From: a virus
Taxonomy: Duplodnaviria > Caudoviricetes
Strand: one strand, 5' to 3'
Length of the DNA: 64,000 bases
IMG/VR virus record: IMGVR_UViG_3300020577_002776
Location: 4,697 to 68,696 of that record
Shown here: positions 16,855 through 25,455 of the stretch, in pieces
Position numbering within the stretch: the stretch's first letter is position 1
Layout: the number at the start of each line of letters is the position of its first letter
The notes under the pieces: generated by a model
What the model saw: only the letters and a program-made list of their open reading frames with translations
The model's database searches: none
What the model was told of the DNA's origin: nothing
Made by a program: the position numbers and the translations under genes

Positions 16855-17823
16855 ATGAGCAAAATCCAAGCCGAGCTGTTGAAAGCCACGGACCTGAGCA
16901 CCAAACGTGGCGAGGATCGCCAAGACTTCCTGGCCCGCTTGATGAAAGGCGTGGCCGAGTTGAGCGACAAAAGCTGGGAAGGTCTGAGCCAAAAAGCACA
17001 GGACTGGTTCAACGACGCCGCTGATGCCAAGAATGCCAAGGCGAAGACCTTGCCCGACTTCCCGGATATGGAAGCCGAAGCCGAAGAAGAAGCACCGGCT
17101 AAATCCAGCCGCCGTGGTGCTGCCAAAGAAGAAGCCCCGGCCAAACCCAAAGTGGGCGTCGTGGCCAAAATCACAACCAAGCGTGGCAAGTCATCGACCG
17201 GCACTATTGTTGAGATTGATGACGACGTGGTGGTGATCAAGCACGGCGATGGCACGGAAGAAGAGTTTGACCGCACCCGCGTCGAATCTATTGAAGTGGC
17301 CGGTGATGGCAAAGAAGAAGCCCAGGACGAACCAGAAGGCCCCAGCTTCAAAGTGGGCAGTGAAGTTACTGTGCTGACCAAGCGTGGCAAATCGGTCACC
17401 GGCAAGATCGTCGAAATGGATGACGAGCTGCTGGTCCTCGACGTTGATGGCAAGGACGAAGAGTTCAACCGCGATCGCATCGAGTCCATCACCATCGTGG
17501 GCGGCAAGGTCAAGGGCACCAAGATCGAGAAGGAAGAAGCACCAGCTAAGTCCAGCCGCCGCAGTGCTGCTAAAGACGACGCCGGTGATGACAAGGGCGA
17601 TGACGCCGGTGAAAAGAAACGCTCCTCCAATGCCCCCGGCGTCAGTGTTGGTACCCGCATCAAGGAAATCATTGCTGATGACCTCGAAGCAACCGAAGCC
17701 GACATTGCCAAGATCCTGAAGAAGGAAGGTATTGAGTTCCGCGAGAATACGCTGAAACTGAACTACGTCGATTGCCACAAGTTCCTCGACATCCTGAAGA
17801 AAAAGAAACTGATCAAGGGTTAA
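16855..17823 (+). CDS. Highly charged protein with two tandem beta-barrel-like repeats
   Basis: Two copies of KVG..V...TKRGKS.TG.IVE.DD.....DG..EEF.R.R.ESI and two of EEAPAKSSRR.AAK. Confidence 0.75.
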   Translation: MSKIQAELLKATDLSTKRGEDRQDFLARLMKGVAELSDKSWEGLSQKAQDWFNDAADAKNAKAKTLPDFPDMEAEAEEEAPAKSSRRGAAKEEAPAKPKVGVVAKITTKRGKSSTGTIVEIDDDVVVIKHGDGTEEEFDRTRVESIEVAGDGKEEAQDEPEGPSFKVGSEVTVLTKRGKSVTGKIVEMDDELLVLDVDGKDEEFNRDRIESITIVGGKVKGTKIEKEEAPAKSSRRSAAKDDAGDDKGDDAGEKKRSSNAPGVSVGTRIKEIIADDLEATEADIAKILKKEGIEFRENTLKLNYVDCHKFLDILKKKKLIKG

Positions 17824-17842
17824 GCGGCCAAGGGCCGGTCCC

Positions 17843-17867
17843 ATAACCAAGAAAGCCCCGGTATATC
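17843..17867 (+). promoter_or_regulatory. Phage-type promoter motif upstream of queC
   Basis: ATAAC-14 nt ending in G-TATATC; the -10-like part lies in the terminator loop. Confidence 0.65.
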
Positions 17868-17885
17868 TATGCAGGGGCTTTTTTC
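17852..17885 (+). terminator. Intrinsic terminator
   Basis: AAAGCCCC/GGGGCTTT stem followed by a T-tract. Confidence 0.7.
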
Positions 17886-17917
17886 TTGTCCCTCTATTTC
17901 TCAACTACGGAGTTCCT

Positions 17918-18760
17918 ATGAGCAAACCAAAAGCACTGGTCATCCTGAGTGGTGGTCAAGATTCCACGACCTGCCTTGCTTGGGCGGTCAAAGCCGGCTA
18001 CGACGTCAGCGCCGTTACCTTCAACTACAACCAACGTCACTCCCTGGAGTTACAGGCCGCACGGGCCGTCGCAAAGCTCGCAGGAGTCGTTAATCACGAG
18101 GTGGTGAGCCTTGGCCCCATCTTGCAGGGAACGAGCCCCCTGACTGATCCTAGCCAAGCCCTGGAGACTTATAAAGACTTCGAGAGCATGGAGGGCATCA
18201 TTGGTGATCGCGTTGAGAAGACCTTTGTGCCTATGCGCAATGCCTTGTTCCTCACCATCGCTGCCAATCGTGCTGTGGTGGCCGGGGCCAAGATCATGAT
18301 CACCGGTGTCTGTGAAGCCGACAATGCCAACTATCCGGACTGCCGTGGCTCCTTCATCAAAGCCCAACAGTGGGCCATCAACGAAGCTCTAGGCTACAAC
18401 GATGGGCCAGCTAATCCGGATCAAATCCAAATCCAAACTCCGCTGCTGCACCAGACCAAAGCCCAATCCATCGCCATGATGACGAACCTGGGTTGCTTGG
18501 AATGGCTGGCCTTCACCCACACCGCCTACGATGGCAGCTATCCCCCAGTGAGCAAGGATCATGCCAACGTGCTCCGTGCTCAAGGCTTCATTGAAGTGGG
18601 CATGCCTGATCCTCTGGTGCTCCGTGCCAATATGGAAGGCTTGATGGCCCTGCCGGTGCAGGACAACTACCGCAACGACGAACTCAACACCTCAATCAAG
18701 CACCGCATTGAAAAGCTGGTCGCAACCCTCAACTCTAAGGACTCTACCAATGCTCTCTGA
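17918..18760 (+). CDS. queC: 7-cyano-7-deazaguanine synthase with zinc cysteines absent
   Basis: [32 protein letters not shown]...KA. Confidence 0.9.
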   Translation: MSKPKALVILSGGQDSTTCLAWAVKAGYDVSAVTFNYNQRHSLELQAARAVAKLAGVVNHEVVSLGPILQGTSPLTDPSQALETYKDFESMEGIIGDRVEKTFVPMRNALFLTIAANRAVVAGAKIMITGVCEADNANYPDCRGSFIKAQQWAINEALGYNDGPANPDQIQIQTPLLHQTKAQSIAMMTNLGCLEWLAFTHTAYDGSYPPVSKDHANVLRAQGFIEVGMPDPLVLRANMEGLMALPVQDNYRNDELNTSIKHRIEKLVATLNSKDSTNAL

Positions 18761-19331
18761 AATGATAACCCGCGCCCCTATTGGGGAAGACCTGATTCGT
18801 GGGCTTCTGGTAGAGTTGGGGGAAGACCCCAATCGGGAAGGTCTGCTGGAAACCCCCAAGCGCGTGATGAAGGCTTGGATGCACTGGACCAATGGCTATG
18901 CCATGGAAGCTAAGGACGTGCTCAAGACCTTTGAAGACGGCGCCGAAGGCACGGACGAAATGGTGGTGGTCCGTGATATTCAGCTCTACAGCCACTGCGA
19001 GCACCACATGGCCCCCTTCTTCGGTAAAGCCCACGTGGCCTACATCCCGAACAAGCGGATTGTGGGCCTGTCGAAGCTGGCCCGGGTGGTGGACATTTTT
19101 GCCCATCGCTTGCAGGTACAATAGCGCCTGACCAATCAGGTGGCCAACGCCATCCAGGAGGTCTTGGATCCGGTTGGCGTGGGCGTCATCATCGAAGCCA
19201 CCCACTTCTGCATGTGCTCTCGTGGGGTCAACAAGCAGGGCTCTACCACGGTCACGTCGGCGCTCCGTGGGGCCCTGAAGGACAATGCGTCTGCTCGTGC
19301 TGAGTTCATGGCATTGGCAGGTGTGAAGTGA
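18750..19331 (+). pseudogene. folE: GTP cyclohydrolase I interrupted by an in-frame TAG at 19122-19124 (nonsense allele, readthrough or sequence error)
   Basis: [21 protein letters not shown]...YIP...GLSKLAR, LQVQ*RLT, then in frame IEATHFCMCSRGV...TSALRG to TGA at 19329-19331. Confidence 0.85.
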
Positions 19332-19759
19332 TGCACTACGTTTACTACCTGCATGATAGTGCTGGCTCCCTCCTTTATATTGGAAGGACCACTGACCCTA
19401 AAAGGAGGTGGCGATCCTTTCAAATGCGCACGAAACTAACCGTTCATCTAGGGATCAGTCAAAGGCATAGTGACTTTAACTTAGCCTGCGCTGCCGAGTT
19501 AAAAGCAATATCCAAGCATTGGCCCCCCTACAACAAAAAGTTAGTTTCCGTGTCCGGAATGCTGGGCAAGAAGCATTCCGAAAGAGCAAAGCAGAGGACG
19601 GAGGAATTCCGAGCCTATTGCAAAACTATCAACCTTGGTAGGATTTGCACTGAAGAGCACCGGAGGAAACTCAGCGCAGCCACCAAGGGCCGGCCAAAAA
19701 GTGAAGAGACGAGGCAGAACATGCGGGAAGCATGGCAACGAAGAAAGGGACTAGCATGA
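19331..19759 (+). CDS. GIY-YIG/NUMOD3 free-standing homing endonuclease
   Basis: YVYYL...LLYIGRT..PK.R, NUMOD3-like EEHRRKLS and SEETRQNM. Confidence 0.8.
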   Translation: MHYVYYLHDSAGSLLYIGRTTDPKRRWRSFQMRTKLTVHLGISQRHSDFNLACAAELKAISKHWPPYNKKLVSVSGMLGKKHSERAKQRTEEFRAYCKTINLGRICTEEHRRKLSAATKGRPKSEETRQNMREAWQRRKGLA

Positions 19760-20583
19760 TTTCACCGGAACAGTTCACCTTTTTTTTGGACAGTGGAGCG
19801 TATTCTGCTTGGTCGAAAGGATCAACCATTGACATAGACGAGCTGATTGCGTTCATCAAGGCCAACATTGATGTGATCGAAGTCTACGCCTGCTTGGATT
19901 GCATCCCAGGAGTGCCGGGCCGATCCGCCACCAGCAAGGAGCGCGAGGAGGCCGCAGAACTCACCTGGAAGAACTATCTTTACATGAAGAGTGAAGGGCT
20001 AGACCCACTGCCCGTTTTCCACTACGGTGAAGATTTCCGCTTCCTTGAGCGCATGCTTGACTATGGCTGTGAGTACATCGGTATTGGTGGGCTGGTGGGC
20101 ATCCCCAGTGACAAGCGCAGAGCCTGGCTTGACCGCCTGTTCGTTCGCATCACGGATGATGCTGGGATGCCCACGGTCAAGACTCACGGCTTTGGCATGA
20201 CCTCAGTGCCGTTGATCTTTCGCTACCCTTGGTATTCGGTCGACTCGACGACCTGGATCAAGATAACCGCCAACGGGGCGGTATATCTGCCTGCCATGGT
20301 CAATGACGAGTTCGTGTTTGATCGGGTACCCAGCACAGTCACAGTCTCTACCCGTAACCCGAAGCAATCGGCAGGGGGCAAAGCAGCCAACACCATGAGT
20401 GTCGGTATGCGTGCCATCCTTGACCGGTGGTTGACGGAGTGCGGGAAGACCTATGACGAGGTGGCAAGCGACTACTACCACCGTGCCGTTTGTAATGTAA
20501 TTTATTTCAAGAAGGTCAGCGAGGCGAAAGCCGTGCATCCCTTCCAGCGTGATCGTATAACCAATACCCCGTTCTGGGGCTAA
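19756..20583 (+). CDS. dpdA: DpdA-like DNA 7-deazaguanine transglycosylase (TGT fold)
   Basis: FLDSGAYS, LD.IPG, PVFHYGE, IGIGG, HGFGMT, SVDSTTW; context with folE, queC, queD and queE. Confidence 0.85.
   Translation: MISPEQFTFFLDSGAYSAWSKGSTIDIDELIAFIKANIDVIEVYACLDCIPGVPGRSATSKEREEAAELTWKNYLYMKSEGLDPLPVFHYGEDFRFLERMLDYGCEYIGIGGLVGIPSDKRRAWLDRLFVRITDDAGMPTVKTHGFGMTSVPLIFRYPWYSVDSTTWIKITANGAVYLPAMVNDEFVFDRVPSTVTVSTRNPKQSAGGKAANTMSVGMRAILDRWLTECGKTYDEVASDYYHRAVCNVIYFKKVSEAKAVHPFQRDRITNTPFWG
20263..20287 (+). promoter_or_regulatory. Phage-type promoter motif inside dpdA
   Basis: ATAAC-14 nt ending in G-TATATC. Confidence 0.55.
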
Positions 20584-20599
20584 CCTAGGAGAGAAGCAA

Positions 20600-21010
20600 A
20601 TGCCTACAAAAGCAGATTTCATTGAGCAGGGTCGCCAGCGTTTCAAGCTGGGCGGGGCCCGCCCTGTAGCTACCAAGCATTGGAGCAGCACCGCCATGCA
20701 GGAAGGATGGGACGAGGCTTTCTTTGCAAAGAAGGAACCCGAAGGGGAACCCCAACCAGCAAGCATTGTGGGGCTCACGTCACCAACTGGTCGGATTGTT
20801 AGCAATCAGCCCAATCTGCAGACCCTCCCAGTTAATAGCCCAGAGGTGAAGCGTGTTCGTGAGGCCTTCCAGACTCCGAAGCTAACTGCCCGGCAAGAGC
20901 ATATCCGCTGCCTTCGTGGTGAGACCCACCGCAAGAGCATAACTGCTAATCGCCTCCTTCGCCTGAACCACAAGATTCAGGTCCTGGAGGCCCGCGAGGC
21001 TCTGAGCTGA
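20600..21010 (+). CDS. Hypothetical protein containing a Pol I motif-2-like peptide
   Basis: PTGRIVSNQPNLQTLPVNSPEVKRVREAF; AGGAGAG Shine-Dalgarno. Confidence 0.7.
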   Translation: MPTKADFIEQGRQRFKLGGARPVATKHWSSTAMQEGWDEAFFAKKEPEGEPQPASIVGLTSPTGRIVSNQPNLQTLPVNSPEVKRVREAFQTPKLTARQEHIRCLRGETHRKSITANRLLRLNHKIQVLEAREALS

Positions 21011-21013
21011 CCC

Positions 21014-21220
21014 ATGCGCATTTACCTCGTCCAATCTGGGGGGAGCCTGAACGGCAGCGATGGCTACTCCTACGGGCTCTTGCGTGGTGATCAGACCCGG
21101 CTGCTGGTCAGCTTCGTGGATTTCATGAAGACCGGCAAGCAGAAGATCAACCCTGGCGCGGAGAGCAATCGGCGCAAGCTGATCGTCCGTGCTGAGGATC
21201 GCAAGGGGAAGCCCCCATGA
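21014..21220 (+). CDS. Hypothetical protein
   Basis: Tightly packed ORF in the operon. Confidence 0.55.
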   Translation: MRIYLVQSGGSLNGSDGYSYGLLRGDQTRLLVSFVDFMKTGKQKINPGAESNRRKLIVRAEDRKGKPP

Positions 21221-21402
21221 TCGTCTACGCAGTATTGGGCTCTGCCCCCAAGCATATGGGACAGCCAATCGTAGAAGCTAAGGTGACTGCCGGTCTGGTC
21301 AGCTTCTACGATTTCCCTAAAGCCTTCACCTCTCTCTCTCTGCTGAATCAAGCTGTTCAGGAAAAGTTGAAAGCCCGCCATGAAAATCTACCCAGTAATT
21401 AG
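21217..21402 (+). CDS. Hypothetical protein
   Basis: ATGA overlap with the upstream ORF. Confidence 0.5.
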   Translation: MIVYAVLGSAPKHMGQPIVEAKVTAGLVSFYDFPKAFTSLSLLNQAVQEKLKARHENLPSN

Positions 21403-21518
21403 TGGGACCGATTACGGTAGTGCTTGCCTTCAAGCCCAAGAATACCGAGTTCTTATCAGTTTTGTCAAAGTATCTGAATCCTCTCTCTCTCTCCTAACCC
21501 AATCAACAAGAAAATACC

Positions 21519-22619
21519 ATGAGCGAAAAAACAAGCACCAACCGGGAAGCCCTGTCCAAGATCGTAGCCCTCGTGCGCCCGGCTCTCGCCACCCAGGCTT
21601 ACATCCCAGCCCTGACCCACATCCGCTTTGACGATGGCATGGCCACGGCTTACAACGACATTTCGGCCATCATGGTGAAGGCCCCCATTGATGCTGAAGT
21701 GTGCCTGCCCGGCGAACTCCTGATTAAGACTCTTGGGAGCTTCAGTGCTGATTCGATTGCCATCCAGGAAAGCGCGAAGGATAAGGCCGTGGTGCTCAGT
21801 AGCGGCCGCTCTAAACTCAAGCTGCCTACCCTGCCTGTGGATGCCTTCCCCTTCGCTCTGCCTGATCTCAAAAAGGCCGAGGAGGTTCCACTGGATGCCA
21901 GTATCCTGAAGGGCATTGACCGTTGCCTGCTCTCCGTAGGCAATGATCCTACCCACCCGGCACAGATGGGGGTCACCTTGGATGCTGACTCCAAGGGCAA
22001 AGCCGTGCTGTTCTCCACCGACAACTTCACCATCAGCCGCTACCAGACCAAGAGCGAGGTGTCCCTGCCCGGCGACTCCCCAGTGATCCTGCCTACTTTC
22101 TTCTGCCAGCAACTGGTGGCCATGAGTAAGGCTTTTCCGGACGAAGAAGTGACCCTCTTTCTGGTGGCTGGTGCTTTGGTCGTTGAGTTCGGTCGCTCTG
22201 CCAAGCTGTTCAATAAAACGCTGGTGGACCTTGAGCCCCTGGACTTCCCACGCATCTTCGACAAGCATTGCCAAGTGGCTGGTTTGAAGGATCGGCTTGC
22301 AGTGATCCCTGATTCCTGGGATGCTTCCTTCAGTCGTGCCTTGCTGGTGCTCAGTGGCGAAGCCGACAAGGTGGCAAAGGTGATGGTGACTGACGACGCT
22401 ATCAAGCTGAATGCCTCCTCGTCGATGGGCGAGAGCGACGAGTCCATGAGCTATGAGGGGGAATTCGTTGACGCCCCGCAGGAGCCGTTCTACCTTGATC
22501 CTGGGCTTGTTTCTCGCGCATCCAAGGCCTGTGGTATGTTGGCCTTCAATTCCAAGGCACTGGCCCTTGCTGACAATGATGGGCAGTTTGTCCACCTCAT
22601 TGCGTACTGCAGCAAGTAA
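21519..22619 (+). CDS. dnaN: DNA polymerase III beta-like sliding clamp
   Basis: 366 aa; P.LTHI...ATAYNDI...PGELL.K.L...SGRSKLKLPTLP..FP, VLFSTDNF.IS. Confidence 0.8.
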   Translation: MSEKTSTNREALSKIVALVRPALATQAYIPALTHIRFDDGMATAYNDISAIMVKAPIDAEVCLPGELLIKTLGSFSADSIAIQESAKDKAVVLSSGRSKLKLPTLPVDAFPFALPDLKKAEEVPLDASILKGIDRCLLSVGNDPTHPAQMGVTLDADSKGKAVLFSTDNFTISRYQTKSEVSLPGDSPVILPTFFCQQLVAMSKAFPDEEVTLFLVAGALVVEFGRSAKLFNKTLVDLEPLDFPRIFDKHCQVAGLKDRLAVIPDSWDASFSRALLVLSGEADKVAKVMVTDDAIKLNASSSMGESDESMSYEGEFVDAPQEPFYLDPGLVSRASKACGMLAFNSKALALADNDGQFVHLIAYCSK

Positions 22620-22622
22620 GCG

Positions 22623-25223
22623 ATGGGCTTCTTCTTTCATGGGGCCAAGACGGAGGCCCTGACCAAGAAGGTAACGAAGCCCAAGTCCGCAGGTAAGCGT
22701 GGCGATATTCCGATTGCCAGCCTGCGGAGCCTTGGTTGCTCCGTTTGCCCCCGTAATGATGACCCCACTCCGCAGACCCCAAAGATGCGGCCCAGTGGGA
22801 CCAAGAACCCGACCGTCTACCTACTCGGGGCCAGCCCCAGCAGCGAAGACGATCGCGATGACAACCACTGGCTGGATAAAGCTGGCCGGGTGATCTACGA
22901 CAAGTTCGGCAAGCGATTCATGACCGAGCATGTTCGCTCCAACTACATCACTCAATGCTTTGGTGACCAGGATGTGACCAGCATTGAGTGCTGCCGCAAT
23001 CGCATTGTGGCCGATATTGAGGAGACTAAGCCCTTTATGATCGTTGGCATTGGTGATGCCCCGCTAGCTTGGGCTACTGGGATCACCGGCCAGCCAATGA
23101 GTCACCGTGGCACCCGCATGGTGGTCAAGATCGGCAACCACGTCTGCTGGTATTTCCCGATCCTCTATCCCAACTTCGTCCATAAGAAAAGCTACAACAA
23201 AAGCGAGTATGAGTTCGCCCTTGAGCATGACGTTGTGGCCATCAAATCACTGGTTGATAGCGGCTTGGTTCCGGTCTACTTCGGCGGACCCTACGATGGG
23301 GGTATTGAACTGATCACCGGTAGTGAGCCGGGGGACATGCAACGGCTTGAGCAAGCCTTGCACGAGCTGGGCCAGGAGCCCAAGTCCTCTGTCGATATTG
23401 AGACCAACGGGCTTCGTCCGTTCATGATGAAGGATCCGCATATTTGGACAGCCGCGGTGGGCACCTACAAACGCACGGTGGCCTTCGCAGTAGATCATCC
23501 AGAGGGGTGGGGCACAGATGCCCGCAGATCGCGCGTCCGTGGCCTCCTAAACGAGTACCTGCTCTACTCTGGGCGCAAGGCAGCACATAACCTTGCCATG
23601 GAGCTGGAGTGGTTCGCTTATTTCTTCGGCGTTGATGTGCTGCGCCGCACGGAGTGGGATGACACCATGGCCATTGCCCATACCATCGACGAGCGCAGTG
23701 GCACCAAGAGCCTGGACTACCAGACTCGGATTACCTTCGGCTTCAGCATCAAGAGCTTGAGCAATCTGGATGTGACCCGGCTGCTGGAATACCCAATCAA
23801 GCAGGTGCTCAAATACAACGGCCTGGACACCAAGTGGACCGATAAGCTCCGTGATGCCCGGATGCCGTTGATTCAGGCCGACCCCAAGTACGTCCGCGAA
23901 TACGAGCGCAAGGTCCGGCTGGCTTCTACTTTGGTGGCCACCGAGGTGAAGGGCATGCCAGTTGATCGGAAGTATGCTCTTGCCCAACAGGAGCAACTTG
24001 AGACCACTGCCAAGACCCTGGAGGCAAAGATTGCCCGGACCCGTGAGGTGAAGGACTACCAATCTCGCCTTGGCAGTTTCAGCCCCACCAATCCGGACCA
24101 CGTGCTTAAACTCATGAAGGAGATTTGCAAGCGGGACGAGATTCGCGTGGAGGATCAGCGGAGCGGCGCCGTGCGCTGGACCACTGACGAAGAAGCCATG
24201 TCCAAGATACCGGCCAAAGAAGTGCCCAGTGCCCCGTTGATCTTGGAGCATCGCGGTGTATCTAAGCTCCTGAGCACCTACGTCTTGCCAGTGACGAGCG
24301 GGAAGATCGTTTGTCCTGATGGCATGGTGCGTTCTAAGTACAGCTCCATGACCGCGGTCACTGGGCGCCTGGCTGCTGAGGATCCCAATATCCAGAACTG
24401 GCCTAAGCGGAAGTTCCGGGAGATTCGGGGCATGATTGCCGCCCTTCGTGGTCAGTTGATGCTAGCCTGCGATTACGGGCAGATCGAGTTTCGCGTGGTG
24501 GGCATGGCCAGCGAAGACCCCAATCTGGTTCGAGCCTGCTGGACCGGCTATGACGTCCATAAGTTCTGGGCAGAGCGCATGGTTGATCTCTATCCGCCCA
24601 TCAAGGATTACGTGGTAGAGACTTTCCACGTAGACTGGGACGAAAAGGGGATAAAGACCCTGCGCCAGGAAGCAAAAAATGGCTGGGTCTTCCCCCAACT
24701 CTTCGGCTCCTCGGTTCGGTCCTGCGCAGAGCAGCTACACCTACCTGACTGGGTAGCTGAGGACCTTGCTGCTGAGTTCTGGGATGAATTCCAAGGGGTC
24801 AAGCGTTGGCAGGAACGGCTGCTCAAGAGCTACGAGAAAAACCTATACGTGGAAACTCTTGGTGGTCGCAAGCGCCGTGGGGCCATGACCAAGAATGAAA
24901 TCATCAACATGCCCATCCAAGGGACGGCCGGTGATATTGTTCTGGAGGCCATGTGCGCAATCTCAGAGCGATCCTACTTGGAGGAGAATCCGGAAATCCA
25001 CCCGTCCCTCAATGTGCACGATGATCTGTCATTCTTCATGGATGAACAGAACGTCACCACCAACATGGATGTGATCGCCACCGAAATGTGCAGGCACCGG
25101 TTTGACTATATCAACGTCCCCCTGATCGTTGAAGCCTCCGTAGGCAAGCAGTGGCATACCTTGCAAGAGGTCAAGGTCTATCGTAGTAACGAACTTTTTA
25201 ACCTGAGGAATCCATATGCATGA
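22623..25223 (+). CDS. Family A DNA polymerase with N-terminal uracil-DNA-glycosylase-like domain and 3'-5' exonuclease
   Basis: UDG-like C..CP, LLGASP, IVGIG..P; Exo DIETNG, HN, Y...D; Pol TGRL...PNIQN, DYGQIE, HDD. Confidence 0.92.
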   Translation: MGFFFHGAKTEALTKKVTKPKSAGKRGDIPIASLRSLGCSVCPRNDDPTPQTPKMRPSGTKNPTVYLLGASPSSEDDRDDNHWLDKAGRVIYDKFGKRFMTEHVRSNYITQCFGDQDVTSIECCRNRIVADIEETKPFMIVGIGDAPLAWATGITGQPMSHRGTRMVVKIGNHVCWYFPILYPNFVHKKSYNKSEYEFALEHDVVAIKSLVDSGLVPVYFGGPYDGGIELITGSEPGDMQRLEQALHELGQEPKSSVDIETNGLRPFMMKDPHIWTAAVGTYKRTVAFAVDHPEGWGTDARRSRVRGLLNEYLLYSGRKAAHNLAMELEWFAYFFGVDVLRRTEWDDTMAIAHTIDERSGTKSLDYQTRITFGFSIKSLSNLDVTRLLEYPIKQVLKYNGLDTKWTDKLRDARMPLIQADPKYVREYERKVRLASTLVATEVKGMPVDRKYALAQQEQLETTAKTLEAKIARTREVKDYQSRLGSFSPTNPDHVLKLMKEICKRDEIRVEDQRSGAVRWTTDEEAMSKIPAKEVPSAPLILEHRGVSKLLSTYVLPVTSGKIVCPDGMVRSKYSSMTAVTGRLAAEDPNIQNWPKRKFREIRGMIAALRGQLMLACDYGQIEFRVVGMASEDPNLVRACWTGYDVHKFWAERMVDLYPPIKDYVVETFHVDWDEKGIKTLRQEAKNGWVFPQLFGSSVRSCAEQLHLPDWVAEDLAAEFWDEFQGVKRWQERLLKSYEKNLYVETLGGRKRRGAMTKNEIINMPIQGTAGDIVLEAMCAISERSYLEENPEIHPSLNVHDDLSFFMDEQNVTTNMDVIATEMCRHRFDYINVPLIVEASVGKQWHTLQEVKVYRSNELFNLRNPYA

Positions 25224-25455
25224 ACCAACGGGAATCGAAGCACTTGTCTGTGCTGATATTGCCAAGCGCCAAGAGTTTGGAATCAAAAAGTATGGTGTGA
25301 CCGTCGCTGATAACCCACTGCAATTGTTGCAGTGGCTGCAGCACGCCTACGAAGAAGCCATGGATCAGACCGTATATCTTCGTCGCACTATCGAAGAAGT
25401 GAAAGCAAAGTTTAACCTAACAGGAGCCGATAATGGCACGCAAACAAATAGCTGA
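25216..25455 (+). CDS. Small all-alpha NTP-PPase-like phage protein
   Basis: RQ.FG.KKYG.T...WLQHAYEE.MD...YL pattern. Confidence 0.55.
   Translation: MHEPTGIEALVCADIAKRQEFGIKKYGVTVADNPLQLLQWLQHAYEEAMDQTVYLRRTIEEVKAKFNLTGADNGTQTNS

Noticed and set aside
19122-19124. Genome-wide TAG reassignment (alternative genetic code)
   Set aside because: It is the only internal TAG seen, TAG ends several other genes, and gene density is normal under code 11
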